A stretch of DNA of 64,000 nt, from NCBI RefSeq assembly GCF_006345805.1, contig NC_043004.1, positions 52,452,001 through 52,516,000 on the forward strand. The letters run 5' to 3'. The notes beneath the pieces are model-generated. The model was not told the origin of the DNA. It saw only the letters and a list, made by a program, of their open reading frames with translations, and did not search any database. The translations under genes and the position numbers were made by a program. The DNA is from Octopus sinensis. Lineage: Eukaryota. The first letter of the stretch is position 1, and each line of letters starts with the position of its first letter. Positions 25,401-41,514 of this stretch are shown here, piece by piece.

Positions 25401-28400
25401 TAGAAAGCGAGGGGTAAATTGTATATATTTACAGTTACATGTAGAAAGCGAGGGGTAAATTGTATATATTTACAGTTACATATAGACAGCGAGGGGTAAA
25501 CTGTATATATTTACAGTTACGTATAGAAAGCGAGTAGTAAACTGTATATATTTACAGTTACATATAGAAAGCAAGGGGTAAACTGTATATATTTACAGTT
25601 ACATATAGAAAGCGAGGGGTAAACTGTATATATTTACAGCTACATGTAGAAAGCGAGCGGTAAACTGTATATATTTACAGTTACATATAGAAAGCGAGGG
25701 GTAAACTGTATATATTTACAGTTACATATAGAAAGCGAGGGGTAAATTGTATATATTTACAGTTACATGTAGAAAGCGAGGGGTAAATTGTATATATTTA
25801 CAGTTACATGTAGAAAGCGAGGGGTAAATTGTATATATTTATAGTTACATATAGACAGCGAAGGGTAAACTGTATATATTTACAGTTACATATAGAAAGC
25901 GAGCGGTAAGCTGTATATATTTACAGTTACATATAGAAAGCGAGCGGTAAACTGTATATATTTACAGTTACATATAGAAAGCGAGGGGTAAATTGTATAT
26001 ATTTACAGTTACATATAGAAAGCGAGGGGTAAATTGTATATATTTACAGTTACATATAGACAGCGAGGGGTAAACTGTATATATTTACAGTTACGTATAG
26101 AAAGCGAGGGGTAAACTGTATATATTTACAGTTACATATAGAAAGAAAGGGGTAAACTGTATATATTTACAGTTACATATAGACAGCTAGGGGTAAACTG
26201 TATATATTTACAGTTACATATAGAAAGCGAGCGGTAAACTGTATATATTTACAGTTACATATAGAAAGCGAGGGGTAAATTGTATATATTTACAGTTACA
26301 TATAGAAAGCGAGGGGTAAACTGTATATATTTACAGTTACATATAGAAGCGAGGGGTAATGTATATATTTACAGTTACATATAGAAAGCGAGGGTAAACT
26401 GTATATATTTTACAGTGTACATATAGACAGCGAGGGGTAAACTGTATATATTTACAGTTACGTATAGAAGCGAGGGGTAAACTGTATATATTTACAGTTA
26501 CATATAGAAAGCGAGGGGTAAATTGTATATATTTACAGTTACATATAGAAAGCAAGGGGTAAACTGTATATAGTTACAGTTACATATAGACAGCGAGGGG
26601 TAAACTGTATATATTTACAGTTACATATAGAAAAGAACAGCGAGGTAGGGTAAACTGTATATATTTACAGTTACATATAGACAGCGAGGGGTAAACCTGT
26701 ATATATTTACAGTTACGTATAGAAAGCGAGGGGTAAATCTGTATATATTTACAGTTACATATAGAACGAGGGGTAAACTGTATATATTTACAGTTACATA
26801 TAGACAGCGAGGGGTAAACTGTATATATTTACAGTTACATATAGAAAGCAAGGGGTAAACTGTATATATTTACAGTTACATATAGAAGCGAGGGGTAAAC
26901 TGTATATATTTACAGTTACATATAAAAGCAAGGGGTAAACTTATATATTTACAGTTACATATAGACAGCGAGGGGTAAACTGTATATATTTACAGTTACA
27001 TATAGAAAGCAAGGGGTAAACTGTATATATTTACAGTTACATAGAAAAGCGAGGGTAAACTGTATATATTTACAGTTACATATAGAAAGCAAGGGAAACT
27101 GTATATATTTACAGTTACATATAAAGCGAGGGTAAATTGTATATATTTACAGTTACATATAGAAAGCAAGGGTAAACTGTATATATTTACAGTTACATAT
27201 AGACAGCGAGGGGTAAACTGTATATATTTACAGTTACGTATAGAAAGCGAGGGGTAAACTGTAAATATTTACAGTTACATATAGAAAGCGAGCGGTAAAT
27301 TGTATATGTTTACAGTTACATATAGAAAGCAAGGGGTAAACTGTATGTATTTACAGTCACATATAGACAGCGAGGAGTAAACTGTATATATTTACAGTTA
27401 CGTATAGAAAGCGAGGGGTAAACTGTATATATTTACAGTTACATATAGAAAGCGAGGGGTAAACGTTATATATTTACAGTTACATATAGAGCGAGGGGTA
27501 AACTGTATATATTTACAGTTACATATAGAAAGCAAGGGGTAAACTCGTATATATTTACAGTTACGTATAGAAGCGAGGGTAAACTGTATATATTTACAGT
27601 TACATAGAGAAAGCGAGGGGTAATTGTATATATTTACAGTTACATAGAAAACAAGGGGTAAACTGTATATATTTACAGTTACATATAGACACGAGGGTAA
27701 ACTGTATATATTTACAGTTACGTATAGAAGCGAGGGGTAAACTGTATATATTTACAGTTACATATAGAACGAGGGGTAAACTGTATATATTTACAGTTAC
27801 ATATAGACAGCGAGGGGTAAACTGTATATATTTACAGTTACATATAGAAAGCGAGCGGTAAACTGTATATATTTACAGTTACATATAGAAGCGCAGGGGT
27901 AAACTGTATATATTTACAGTTACATATAGAAAGCGAGGGGGGTAATTGTATATATTTACAGTTACATATAGACAGCGAGGGGTAAACTGTATATATTTAC
28001 AGTTACGTTATAGAAGCGAGGGGTAAACTGTATATATTTACAGTTACATATAGAAAGAAAGGGGTAAACTGTATATATTTACAGTTACATATAGACAGCT
28101 AGGGGTAAACTGTATATATTTACAGTTACATATAGAAAGCGAGCGGTAAACTGTATATATTTACAGTTACATATAGAAAGCGAGGGGTAAATTGTATATA
28201 TTTACAGTTACATATAGAAAGCGAGGGGTAAACTGTATATATTTACAGTTACATATAGAAAGCGAGGGGTAAATTGTATATATTTACAGTTACATATAGA
28301 AAGCGAGGGTAAACTGTATATATTTACAGTGTACATATAGACAGCGAGGGGTAAACTGTATTATTTACAGTTACATATAGAAAGCGAGGGGTAACTGTAT

Positions 28401-28881
28401 ATATTTACAGTTACATATAGAAAGCGAGGGGTAATTGTATATATTTACAGTTACTATAGAAGCAAGGGGTAAACTGTATATATTTACAGTTACATATAGT
28501 CAGCGAGGGGTAAACTGTATATATTTACAGTTACATATAGAAAGCGAGGGGTAAACTGTATATATTTACAGTTACAATATAGACAGCGAGGGGTAACCTG
28601 TATATATTTACAGTTACGTATAGAAAGCGAGGGGTACTGTATATATTTACAGTTACATATAGAAAGCGAGGTGTAAACTGTATATATTTACAGTGAATAT
28701 AGACAGCGAGGGGTAAACTGTATATATTTAAGTTACATATAGAAAGCAAGGGGTAAACTTCATATATTACAGTTCATATAGAAAGCAAGGGTAAACTGTA
28801 AATATATTTTTACGTTTACATATAGAAGCAGGGGTAAACTGTATATATTTACAGTTACATATAGACAGCGAGGAGTAACTG
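22476..28881. repeat. Satellite array, 41-bp monomer GCGAGGGGTAAACTGTATATATTTACAGTTACATATAGAAA, about 155 copies
   Basis: Period measured directly (e.g. 22748 to 22789). The array runs into the assembly gap, so its true length is unknown. Confidence 0.99.
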
Positions 28882-28981
28882 NNNNNNNNNNNNNNNNNNN
28901 NNNNNNNNNNNNNNNNNNNNNNNNNNNNNNNNNNNNNNNNNNNNNNNNNNNNNNNNNNNNNNNNNNNNNNNNNNNNNNNNN
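28882..28981. other. Assembly gap (100 N)
   Basis: Run of 100 Ns. Confidence 1.
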
Positions 28982-30909
28982 TTGGTCTATTCACATCCAT
29001 CTATACATGTCTCTCTCATACACACTCTCTCTCCCTCTCTCTCTATATATCTATACCTATATCTATATATCTATATATATATATGTATATCTATCTATCT
29101 ACCTATCTATCTATCTATCTACATATATATATATATATATATTAATTAATAGTAATAGTATGCCAACAAAAGAATGAATGAGACATCGATATTATATAAA
29201 CAGAGGAATTTATCTGTAATATAATATGTGACAATTAATCGACTACCATGATAAAACTCCGAGTTTGGAGTTTTATTACGGCAACCGAATATATATTGTT
29301 ATATATATATATATATATTGTTATATTTGGTGTGGAAATAGTTTAAGAAAATTTTCACGCTGCTACAATCTGCTCTACTGAATTGGATGGTGTGTAATTA
29401 AAAGATGTTGTAATATATTTGGTGTTATTTTGCGTGTGTTTTTTATTGGCTAAACTGGCAAAATGACCATTCCGAAATATAACAATATCTGTTTCAACAC
29501 ACGACTTCACATAAAAAATCTTGCACAACAAATATATATATATATATGTACATCTATGTGGACTTGTGCTTGTAACACACTTTGGCTCCCGTAACTTTAC
29601 TTCATACATCATTCAAGACAAAAGTTACTTTAGAAATTTACTCACACCAAACTTACTGTTGACGTTGAGCATCATGAGTCTGTTACAACTTCGTATTAGA
29701 AATGAATTTCAAGGCTTGAAAGTTCCTAAGACATGCATTCAAGCATATACAAGGCGCTGAGATGAGAACATTCTGAAGCAAACATATACAGAAGGACAAG
29801 TTTGCAAATTATATCATCGTCGTGACATCATGCTAGACATACCATGGACCATAATAAAGATGCTAAGCTTTTAGTTCTGCTGTCACATGCGAAAATGTCT
29901 TTGTGACGTATGTATAGTTTATATAAAATAGCTTGATGTTGTCGTATATATCATAAATAAACATCGAAATGCCGCAATTCTCAAGAGCTTTTGAATGAAT
30001 GAATATTGTTTGCCTGGGCAATTAAGCACCTCAGACTGTAATTTCCAGAGAGCCACTTTCTGTGAGACATATTTCTGCATGAATGAAGAACAGTGGAGTT
30101 GGTGTAACACGTCACTAGCTTTTATTTACAAGACAATATTTACTCAACCAAGAATAACAGACCTTTAGGCTTCTTCTGAACAAATCACATGCAACACATG
30201 CTTTATGTGTAATTAATCACTACAATATTGTGTGTAACAGGTGTGTCTATTTAATTGTTTAAGCTTTTTTCTTCCTGGGGTTTGTTAACACTCTTCACAA
30301 AAGATAGTAAGCAGGCGAAAAGGTTAGTTGTCCAGCAGATTTGTTACTAAGCTTAACTATTGTTGAGGTTATTTGAACACTAATTGAAAGCATATTTCAG
30401 TCCCGCATTCAACCACTTTTAATTTGATGTATTTATTTAGAAGTCAGCTTTTTAGTTTAGAGATAGGAATTTAGTATAGAGACTGGGTTAACTTGAGCTT
30501 TACGGTTAACTTGAGCATTAAGGGTCCTAAAGCCTATGTAATTGGGTGTATTGGCAGATCAGTAGATTTCAAGGAAGGGTAGTAGGTTGAAAGTCCCTTC
30601 TGCCGTCATTCTTACAGCCGTAAGGCAATTTCTTTTCTGTATAATGTTATCTAATCCTATCCTTGCACACATTCGTTAGCTTTTTCTTGTAGCTCTAAAG
30701 TCTGGCACTCCCGCTCGATAACAGTGATCTGGGTTTAAATAGCGTGAGACCGCTATGACGTCTCAGAAAACAACTAATGAGAAACGCAGCTGCGAATGTT
30801 GTTTGCATCGTATTTTTGTCTTTTCTGTCCATTATGTTTTCGCCCAGTTTTCGTCTGTTTTTTCCTATCTCTGTCTCAATTTTGAGGTATTCATTGCAGC
30901 GCAACGTAC

Positions 30910-30973
<64 letters not shown>

Positions 30974-31549
30974 CCTGGGGGGTTGTATGTTAGTGCGTGT
31001 ACGTCGCATAATAATGTATATATGTGTATATGTATACATATATGTATCTGTATGTGTGTCTGTAATGCTCTCTCTCTCTCTCTCTATATATATAATATAT
31101 ATATATATATATTATATATATATGTATATATATATATTTGTATGTATGCATATGTACATATGTATCATGCATAGATTTATATATAATCTCACAAGAAGAT
31201 CAAATTCAAGAAGAGGCTCAATACATTTCTAATATTCAACACGTATTCAGTGAATTAGGCCTTAGCCTAATTGAATGATCGTAGCCTAATTAAATGGTCT
31301 TAACCTAAATAAATGTTTTTAGCATAATTAATGTGTCTTAGCCTAATCAAATCTGGCCCATTGTTGCAGTGTTTCGTTATTTTCTCTTCAAAAGCGTAAT
31401 TAAATAGGACTATTAACGCTTTAAAACTTATTTGTGCGGATTGTATATAAGAACAAGAAAACGACCAATAACACAAGCAAAACATTGCTCGTTAGAAAAT
31501 TTTAAAAAATATATATAATATAAGCAATATTTAAAAATTTTTATTTCAA

Positions 31550-31818
31550 GTCTAGCCAGGCTCATGGGCCAGGTTTCCCGGTTTCTGTGGCGTATGTGTT
31601 CCCCTCAGCTGGACGGGACGCCAGACCATCGCAGCGTTTCTTAAGAAACAATGAGAGAAAGTTGGGGCGAAAGAGTACAACAGGGGTCGCCATCAAACCC
31701 CCTGCCGGATCCTCGTGGAGTATCAGGTGTTTTCGCTCAATAAACACACAAAACGCCCGTTCTGGGAATTGAAACCCCGATCCACCGACCGCGAGTCCAC
31801 TTGGCCATTGCGCCTCCA
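31550..31818 (-). mobile_element. SINE family B variant
   Basis: Shares the tRNA-like head and CCCCTGCCGGA.CCTCGTGGAG with 45.9-46.3 kb but has a different 3' body. Confidence 0.85.
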
Positions 31819-32634
31819 CATAAGCAATATACTGACGTAAATATATAAGAAAATTATATTTTATTTCGGATTCCTAAAATAATATAATGGTTTCTGTGAT
31901 ATTTACTTGTTATCTAATTTCTGTTATTTAGACATAAAAGGGAAAGTTATTCGAAGAAGGCGTAAATAGCCCCACTCAAAGTACTGGTATTAAGTATGAT
32001 AAGAATCAAAACCCAGTTTGAAATTTTCTAATGGTTAGATAAGTTTAAAAACCTGTAGCCACTAAAATTCAATGCTGTTTACATAGTGTATTAAAAAAAT
32101 ATTTCGAAAAAGATTGAATTATATATATTTAATATTTAAGACTAGACGTGAATCTTAAATTATTTAGTGAGGGATTTTACTATTTAATACAAACATTTAT
32201 TTAATCGATCGGAAAATAACATAAAATGGATGCAAAAAGTTCAATTTAAATATTCATCGTACAAGTTTATACAGTTTAATAGAGATTTTATGCTAAAAGT
32301 AAACCCAGCCATTCGTTATTTATAAATGTAACATTTATTTAAAAGATATTGGGATTTAGTTCATAAAAATTCTATGTATATGATGCATATATTCACGCCA
32401 AAAATTTTCAAGTCAATATCTATAAAATTTTACTAATCTACAAACGACTCATACGCTTTCCTCTTAAATTTCTTCCATCAACCGTAAAGAAAGTAACTAA
32501 ACCATATACACTCCAATACCAGAACTGGCAACATCAGGAAATCTATAAATTATTCGCTCATCAAAAAATGCGTCCATATAAAATAATAGTATATATACAT
32601 GTATATATATATACATCCCTTTGTTAGACTATAT

Positions 32635-32920
32635 ATTATATTTATCTTTAATCCTTAGACTGCGGACATGCTGGGGTACCGGTTTGGAGGATTTTGAATC
32701 GAATGAATCTACCACAGTTTTTAATTATTTTTTAAAGCCTGGTATTTATTGTATCCGTTTATTTTGTCGAATCGATAAGTTACGGGTACGTAAATGTACA
32801 AACACCTGTTGTAAAGCGGTAGAGGGTAAGAAGCGCGCAACTATGCGCGCACATACACTCATAGGTGGGGAAAGAAGCTTGCTTCCCAACCACATAGTTC
32901 CAGGTTCAGTCTCACTGCAT
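32635..32920. mobile_element. Diverged SINE family A fragments
   Basis: GACTGCGGACATGCTGG and GCTTGCTTCCCAACCACATAGTTCCAGGTTCAGTC resemble family A body and head. Confidence 0.55.
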
Positions 32921-33059
32921 CAATCATGTCTATCATGTCGTTCATCATCCTTAAATAAGCGAATTTTGAGCGGGATGGGCTACTCCAGTAGAAGGAAACT
33001 CTAACTAAAAGGAATACACAAGACGTTAAGAATAATACAGCATCGTGTGCATGGCGAAG

Positions 33060-33795
33060 TGTTTTGAAGCGTACCACCGAAAGCCTGACCATTGCTGAGC
33101 AAGACAGGCTCTCGTTACTGATTCAGTGAAGTATAACATCTCTAAATCTTCTGACACCCAGAAATGCAGAAATGCACTCTGTGGAAAGAGTGTAGCATAT
33201 GTGTCCACTTGGTAAGTGGATGTGAGAGCCTTGCACAGAAAGAATACAAGCCTCGCCACGATACAGTGTATATGTATCTTCATTAGCTCTTATATCGTAA
33301 ATACCAATATGAAGTAACAGAAAACTGGTATGAGCATGTACCAAGTAAAGTTATGCATGAGGATGGAAAAGTAACGAGACTCTGGGACTATGATGTTTAG
33401 ACGGATCGTGTAATCGAACACCGTCGGCAACATATTTTCATATTAAATCAGATCATAGATGTAGCTATACCAAATGACAGGAATGTTGTGATTAAGGAGA
33501 ATAAAAATATCACCAAGTACTCCGAATTGAAAGGGGAAGTGGCAAGGCTGTATGGAATGCGAGAGGGTAATGTAAAAGTGATACCAGTGATGATCGATGC
33601 GTTGGACTCACTCCCATTGAAACTTCAAAACTTAAGGCAACTGGGAATCCCTTGCAAGATTGATGTCTTGCAAAAAGCAGCCTGATGGGGCACAGCGCAC
33701 ATATCAAGGAAATTATTATGTGTCTGAGGCCCTTGTTGTTACTTAACAAATGAATAAAGCCACCGGTGCATTTTTACCTACACTTTGTTATGAAA

Positions 33796-33800
<5 letters not shown>
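33060..33800 (+). mobile_element. Older R4/Dong-type LINE 3' remnant
   Basis: HVPSKVMHEDGKVTRLWDYDV.TDRVIEHRR..KYSELKGEVARLYG..VIPVMIDAL..GTAHISRKLL, ending at (AAT)n. Confidence 0.8.
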
Positions 33801-33861
<61 letters not shown>

Positions 33862-33872
<11 letters not shown>

Positions 33873-35172
33873 TACGAAAAGTGTTGACAATGCATAGAGT
33901 GCACCACCCTAAGGCAGATACAGAACGACTTTATCTGCCAAGAAAAAGAGGGAGGCCGAGGACTTTTACAACTGGCAATAACAATGAAGATTGCTACAAT
34001 TGGCCTAGACATCTACCTGAAAAGCTCTGAGAACTGGATGTTAAAACTTGTCTCAAAACATGAAAACAAGAAAGCATCATACTCAGTCACAAAACAGGCA
34101 AAGGAATATCTAAGTGAATTCCGAATACAACAAATTTTGAAATTAGAGATAGACATACAAGAAACAGGCACAGAAAAAGCTAAGCGCATGAAAACCCGTG
34201 CTAAATCTGCGGCCTTAGATATTCTGAATGATAAATGGCAAGAAAAACCTCTCTATGGCAAATACCCAAAGAGAGCGAATAATGCAGATGTTGACAAAGC
34301 CCTGACCCATCAATGACTAATGGTCTCTCGCTTAAAATCTGAAACAGATTTATCATAGCAGCTGAAGTTCAATACCTACCAACAAGAAACTACCAGGCCA
34401 ACATATTAAAGAACGGCAGTAGCCCACCGTGTCGTGTATGACAACAACAAAATGAAACCATTGATCATGTGGTCTCCAAGTGCAGTCTTCTAGCGCCTAC
34501 AGAGTATCTCAACAGGCATGATAGAGCTGCACAATACATTCACTGGGTAATCTGCAAAAACCTGGATTTGCCCTATGAAAAAAACTGGTGGGAACACAAA
34601 CCACCCCCAGTGCTTGAAAATGACCACATCTCACTCCTCTGGAACTTCACCATTCAAACTGACAGAAAGATAGATGCAAATAGGTCAGACATCATATTGA
34701 AAGAGTTCAAACAAAGAACATGCCTCCTCATTGATATGACTGTCCCAATCGATATAAATGTATCTGTCAAGACCTACCAAAAACTGAGCAAATATAAAGA
34801 TCTTGAAATAGGAATCAGCAAAATGTGGAACCTGAAGACTAAAGCAATACCTGTTGTCATAGGTGCCCTGGGAATGATAGCGAAAGGGGCTGATTGCTAC
34901 CTAACTCAGATACCAGGAAACCACAAAATAGCAGAAATTCAAAAGATAGGGCTCATGAGAACTGCTCATATCCCACGCAAAATACTTTCTATGTAATCTC
35001 AAGGTTCAAAACAAACATTTTTTTTAGACATCCACCAGTACAACACAAAAAACAACCAAATATATGGCAGACTAGGCATAACAACAACGTTAACTTCCAA
35101 CCTGTTGTCTCTTGAGGTCTCCGGGTGAGACTTGGAGCCAACTTGTGCAAATGTAAAGCAAAAGTCAAACAT
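33862..35172 (+). mobile_element. R4/Dong-type LINE, 5'-truncated (RT C-terminus, CCHC finger, restriction-like endonuclease, 3' UTR)
   Basis: ORFs 33984-34316 and 34469-34996: HHPKADTERLYLPRK, CRV...ETIDHVVSKC, WWEHKP, IDANRSDIILK..LLIDMTVP..KLSKYKDL. Flanked by (AAT)n. Confidence 0.95.
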
Positions 35173-35184
35173 ATAATAATGATG

Positions 35185-35262
<78 letters not shown>

Positions 35263-35265
<3 letters not shown>

Positions 35266-35818
35266 GCCCTGATGCAGTACCAGGCAGTGGCTCTCATGGC
35301 TTCTGATCTTAACTGATTGGAAGTGTTATCATGTACATTGTTTTGTCTTGGTATAAAAGATGGGCTACAGCAAATATTCTGCTCAATACCACAGATTTGC
35401 TTGTCAGTTGTTTGACCTTAACCAGTTGAGCATGTCCCTTAGTGGCTGACGATATGTGCATCTCTGATCACGAGCAGAAGTAGGGGGGAGCATCATAGCC
35501 ATGTGTTGAGAGGGATGCTTTGGGGTTTGAATAGTTCACCTCTGGAAACATGGGTGGTTCTTTCAACATCCTTAAACAACCCTTATTCGGGGACCGTTTG
35601 AGCGGGATGGGCTACTCAACCTGAAGAAAATTCAAACTGGGTCCCACCTGCAAGGTCATGTGCTGTTTATCTTGATATGAGATCACCATGTCGCGCACAT
35701 ATGGTTGTGATGCATGTGCCTGGTGTACCTTTATCAGACGGGTAGTCATGATGGGTATATTGGGCTTCGTATATTTTACCCCAGTGTCACTTTGATGGCA
35801 TGAACTGCTCTCTCACTC
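35263..35818. mobile_element. ~556-bp non-coding interspersed repeat embedded in (AAT)n, second copy
   Basis: Aligns end to end with 16805-17361. Confidence 0.9.
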
Positions 35819-35873
35819 AATAATAATAATAATAATAATAATAGTAATAATAGTAATAATAATAATAATAATA

Positions 35874-35908
<35 letters not shown>

Positions 35909-35949
35909 AATATTGATGCTGATACTGATGATGATGATGGTGATAATGA

Positions 35950-35983
<34 letters not shown>

Positions 35984-36409
35984 GGTGGTGCTGGTAGTGG
36001 TGGTGGTGGTGGTGGTGATAATGATGGGGATGATGTTAACTAGAAAATGAAGACGTCTATGGAAAAATAGAATGTTTGCTAATTAGGGAGATAATTAGCT
36101 AATTAGCTTCCCAAATCTATAGAATGTTTGATAATTATAGAAATGATAAAACGCATCCGAAATATGGTATACAGAATAATTCACAGTTTTGAAACAAATA
36201 TTATACATTAATAAATTACACGAATAATTTAAGTGTTATTTCTCCGGCAACAATTATATTCAGAAATTTTATGTTTTTATGAAATTCAGATATTATTTCG
36301 TTGTTCTCCGTTTTTATCTTCAAGACACAAAATCAGAACATGAAATATCTTTATTTTGTATCTTTATATCTAAATTTATATTAGATGCAGTAAAATGATG
36401 TTTATATAT

Positions 36410-37560
<1,151 letters not shown>

Positions 37561-37614
37561 TAGAAAATTAATATATAGATAGCTAAATATATAAATATAG
37601 ATATTACATACATA

Positions 37615-37660
<46 letters not shown>

Positions 37661-39139
37661 CATATCGCCCGGGTGAATATCTTCCTAAGTACTCTATGTG
37701 AAAAACGAAAGTTTAAGGTATTTAAAGATTTTCCTTGAAGATATTTCAAAAATGACGAATGCACAAATGACAATAACTAATTAGAGTTGAATTATTCTTG
37801 GAAGTTGTGAAAGCGTCATTGTCTCGTTGTGTGTAAGATCTTAACATTTTGATTGGCCTTCTAGGCTGAATGATGTATTCAAGTGCTGTCAAGAATTTTG
37901 ACAACGCATAAGATTATAGAATAAATAGTTTAATGTTATTTATAGATTGATAATTCCTTTGACAATCGATAATTTACCTTCAATAGTATTTCTAGTTTAG
38001 ATTCAGATGTGAAATATATTTTGGCAGATGTCAAATTTGAGAAAATATGTGTAAGTGATGTACTGTAATAAACGTTTCGATTGTGTTGCGCAACATGTTT
38101 AGACAGACAGCTGTGGCGAGTATATTAATGCAGTAAATGAAAATATAGTCTACATGCTTTCACGAACATGGTTTTGAAACTTGGTCACAGAATAATATTT
38201 CCATAATTTCAAATGCGTTTTTAAAACATTATAGCATTACGCGTTTAGACAATAATATTTACATTTTATACATGGTAGGGACAACATGGAATGACTATAG
38301 AGTATACAGGAATATAAGCTAAGCATACCCTACACACGCCATTATATATTATATGTGTATACCTGTGTGTGTGTATGCGTAAGTGTGTGTGTCAGTTTGT
38401 GTACGTATGTATGCATATATGTATGTATTCATGTGTATATATACGTATTCACACATACACACATTTAAGTATTCAGGGTCTTCCTGCAAGGAATGGTATA
38501 GGGTATATTCCCAACACTATGATGCTGGCAGCGATATATATGTATTGAGTCTTGCTGTGACGGCTTTTTGGAACCAGGCGTCGTATGGCAGATTTTGGAA
38601 TGAATCACTTAATATAAGGACACATACGTGGTTCCATGAATGCAACAATCTCTTACGCACTGGACGGGAGACACGAAATGCAACCGTACCAGGTTAAAAA
38701 GCACCGTTAATAGAATATAGGAGAGAAAGGAAAAAATACCTATCGTACGTAGCAGGAATATGAAACAGCTTAATGGTTTCAGTTTGTGCTAGAACCCCAA
38801 TTAAGGGATGTAAAATAATATTTTTGGGAAAGACTTTATATTCGGAGAACTAATGTTCCTTGCCACTTGAACATAGCTGTTCCGTACAAACCCATGTTAC
38901 TACTATTTTAAATCCTAATACGATGCCACTTCTAGCTGATTTACGGTTCAGTCTGTACCCGGCATGCCCCGAAATGCATCGAACACTAGATATCCATCGA
39001 AGGTCTCAAGGTTCAGTATCGAAACACTCAATAATCTTTGAACAATATCTAACAACATTAATTACTTCTCATAAAAGATAATTTCGACAAAGATGTATGA
39101 AAGAGAAGAATCCTCTAGATGTATCAAATTTCTTTTGTT

Positions 39140-39181
<42 letters not shown>

Positions 39182-39548
39182 TATGAATATATGTGTATAT
39201 ATATAGATATATATATATGTTCAAAAAAGGGTAATAACATAGATTACTACCAGTGGCCCAGCACAAAAGATGAATTAGTTTCATTAGACAAAATATTATT
39301 CATATAGAAATATAATTAAGGGCTCTCAAATAAGGATGCCAAGTGCTAGGGACACAAAAAAGGGATAAATTCATCGAGAGTGAAAATCAAAAACATTTAC
39401 CATTAACGATATATCCCGGACTGATCAGTTTCTACCTCTTTCTAGCAAAACAGACAGAATATGTTTGCTAAGGCCGGTTTCATCAGCGAGACGCCTTTCT
39501 ATTATTGAAAACAAGTGGATGTATTCCACTGTAACTAGGTAACTAAAA

Positions 39549-39825
39549 TCTTCGAACAGACGGTCAGTAGCGACACCTGCGGGTCCGACTACGCTGCATT
39601 GATAAAGGGCAACAACCCTGAAACATGTCTGCAGATGTCTGACTAGCAAGGTGAAGCGGCTGACCTCCCCTGTTCGAAGGTTGTAATGGACGCAGGTTCG
39701 TGTGTCATATAGCTAGCTAGAGGCGGTGGCCTCTTGGAGCTAATCAGCGACAGCTTTAGGTTTATATTTAGACTGCCATATTAGTATGGCGATAACTATT
39801 AATATCCAGTAATGCTGCCGTAATA
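39549..39825 (+). mobile_element. Single copy of the ~270-bp hammerhead-bearing non-coding element
   Basis: TCTTCGAACAGACGGTCAG...GCTGCCGTAAT matches 7921-8180 and the reverse complement of 7682-7922. Confidence 0.9.
39594..39634 (+). ncRNA. Minimal type I hammerhead ribozyme, U3-A8 core variant
   Basis: CTGCA TTGATAA AGGG caacaa CCCT GAAAC AT GTC^ TGCAG, identical to 7966-8006. Confidence 0.85.
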
Positions 39826-40270
39826 TATATATATAATATATACATGTGTATGTGGTGTGTATGCACATGTCGTATAATGGATGTGAATTGGTGGAAAATG
39901 GATGATGTCTTTAAACATTAAACAGGAAATCTAGAGACAGAAGCTGGTAGATATTAATATATAACTTATGAGATATCTGGAATTGTGCTTATCTCTAACT
40001 ACAAAGAACGCGTAGCTAAACACGAAGAAAGAGATGAAAGTTTTGTTCGATGTCTGAAAGAAAGGAAATTTTAATATAAATTGAGAAAGAAATTTATATA
40101 AAGCGTATAGTGAGAATTGTATGGATGTGAGTTTTTTTGCTGGGACAGGACGTCAGATAATCCATATTCCTGAAAAGAGATAAAAATGAAGTGCATGTTG
40201 AAAGATAGTCAAAGGCGAAGAGGAACATGAGAGAGATAGAGATAGATAGATAGATAGATAGATAGATAGC

Positions 40271-40340
<70 letters not shown>

Positions 40341-41514
40341 AATAAAGGGTAGGACTGGAAATTGGCAAAAGAGAAGTGCAAGCTAGGAGAGAGGTAAATA
40401 TGAACGCATGATGGAAAAATGAATAAAAATAATGCATTTCTGGGAAGCGCTATAATTGAACTACATTCTGAGAAAGATGGAAAATAAAGTGCATGTGGAA
40501 GAAGAGGTCAGCGTTAGCTACATGCTTGTAAATAGACAAATGCATGTTGCAACAGATTAAGATGAACAGATCACCGATGCTTAGATGATGTCAATGCAAA
40601 TGTTAATAACTGGAAAAAATAAAATTCATTGAATGATGGGTAAAAAGAGACGGATGTAGGAACATCGTCTAAAACTAAACGGGAAATGCATGATGGGATG
40701 GATAAAGGAAGTGGTAGGGGTAATATTGAAATAAAAACATTGTAAGTGTTAGTTTCTTCTGTTTCTTCACGCTGATTTATCGATAGAAAGCTACTGGCAT
40801 GAACAAATCGATACAAAGACATTTTTCGTCTCTCTTTTTTTCCTCTTTCTCCAATGGATTTTCTTTTTAATTTTAGACATGTTTAAAGCTTTCAGACAGT
40901 TATTAGCTACAACAACAAAAACAACAGCATTAACGAAAAAAGATGACAGCAATAACAACCACAATGCATGCGAGAATATCATTAAAAGCAACAACAACGT
41001 AACATAATACAGCCATCACCAAGAGTGCATTTAAGTAAAAACAATAGCAGTAATATTACCAACAACTTGCACTGCGAATTACTACAGCAATAACAACAAC
41101 TATAACAACTGCAATATCAAAACCAACAGCAGCAGTTAACAGCAACAACAACAATAATAATAGTATCACAAAATGTCTTCAACAACGCGTGTCAAGATAG
41201 TAGAGTCACGAATGCGCAACATCGAGAACAAGAGTAACAACACCAATAGTTGCAGCACTAAAGTTTATAAATAAATAAGATAAATAAAATATATAAATAA
41301 AATAAAGGTCCCCGTTAAAGATATAAGCAGGGTGACCGAGATTATGATGGTGGTGATGACGATGACATCCATCATGACTGTTACTAGCACCAAGAACAAA
41401 CTGCCTCAAAAATGAGAACGTTATTGTTAAATAGAACACTAGCAAGAACAAAATTTGACGCAATGCCAGCAATTTCGGGTAAATAGGTAAGTCGATTAAT
41501 ATCGACTTCAATGC

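Noticed and set aside
22476-28881. 41-bp array with an internal palindrome as a CRISPR array or telomere
   Set aside because: Monomers are contiguous with no unique spacers, there are no cas genes, the context is eukaryotic, and the unit is not a short telomeric repeat.
30100-30900. Unique-looking segment as a Penelope N-terminal coding region
   Set aside because: No diagnostic motif was recoverable in any frame, so it is left unannotated.
39445-39495. Minus-strand CTGATGA...GCAAACATATTC as another hammerhead
   Set aside because: No stem I pairing, no convincing stem II, and GAAA is interrupted.
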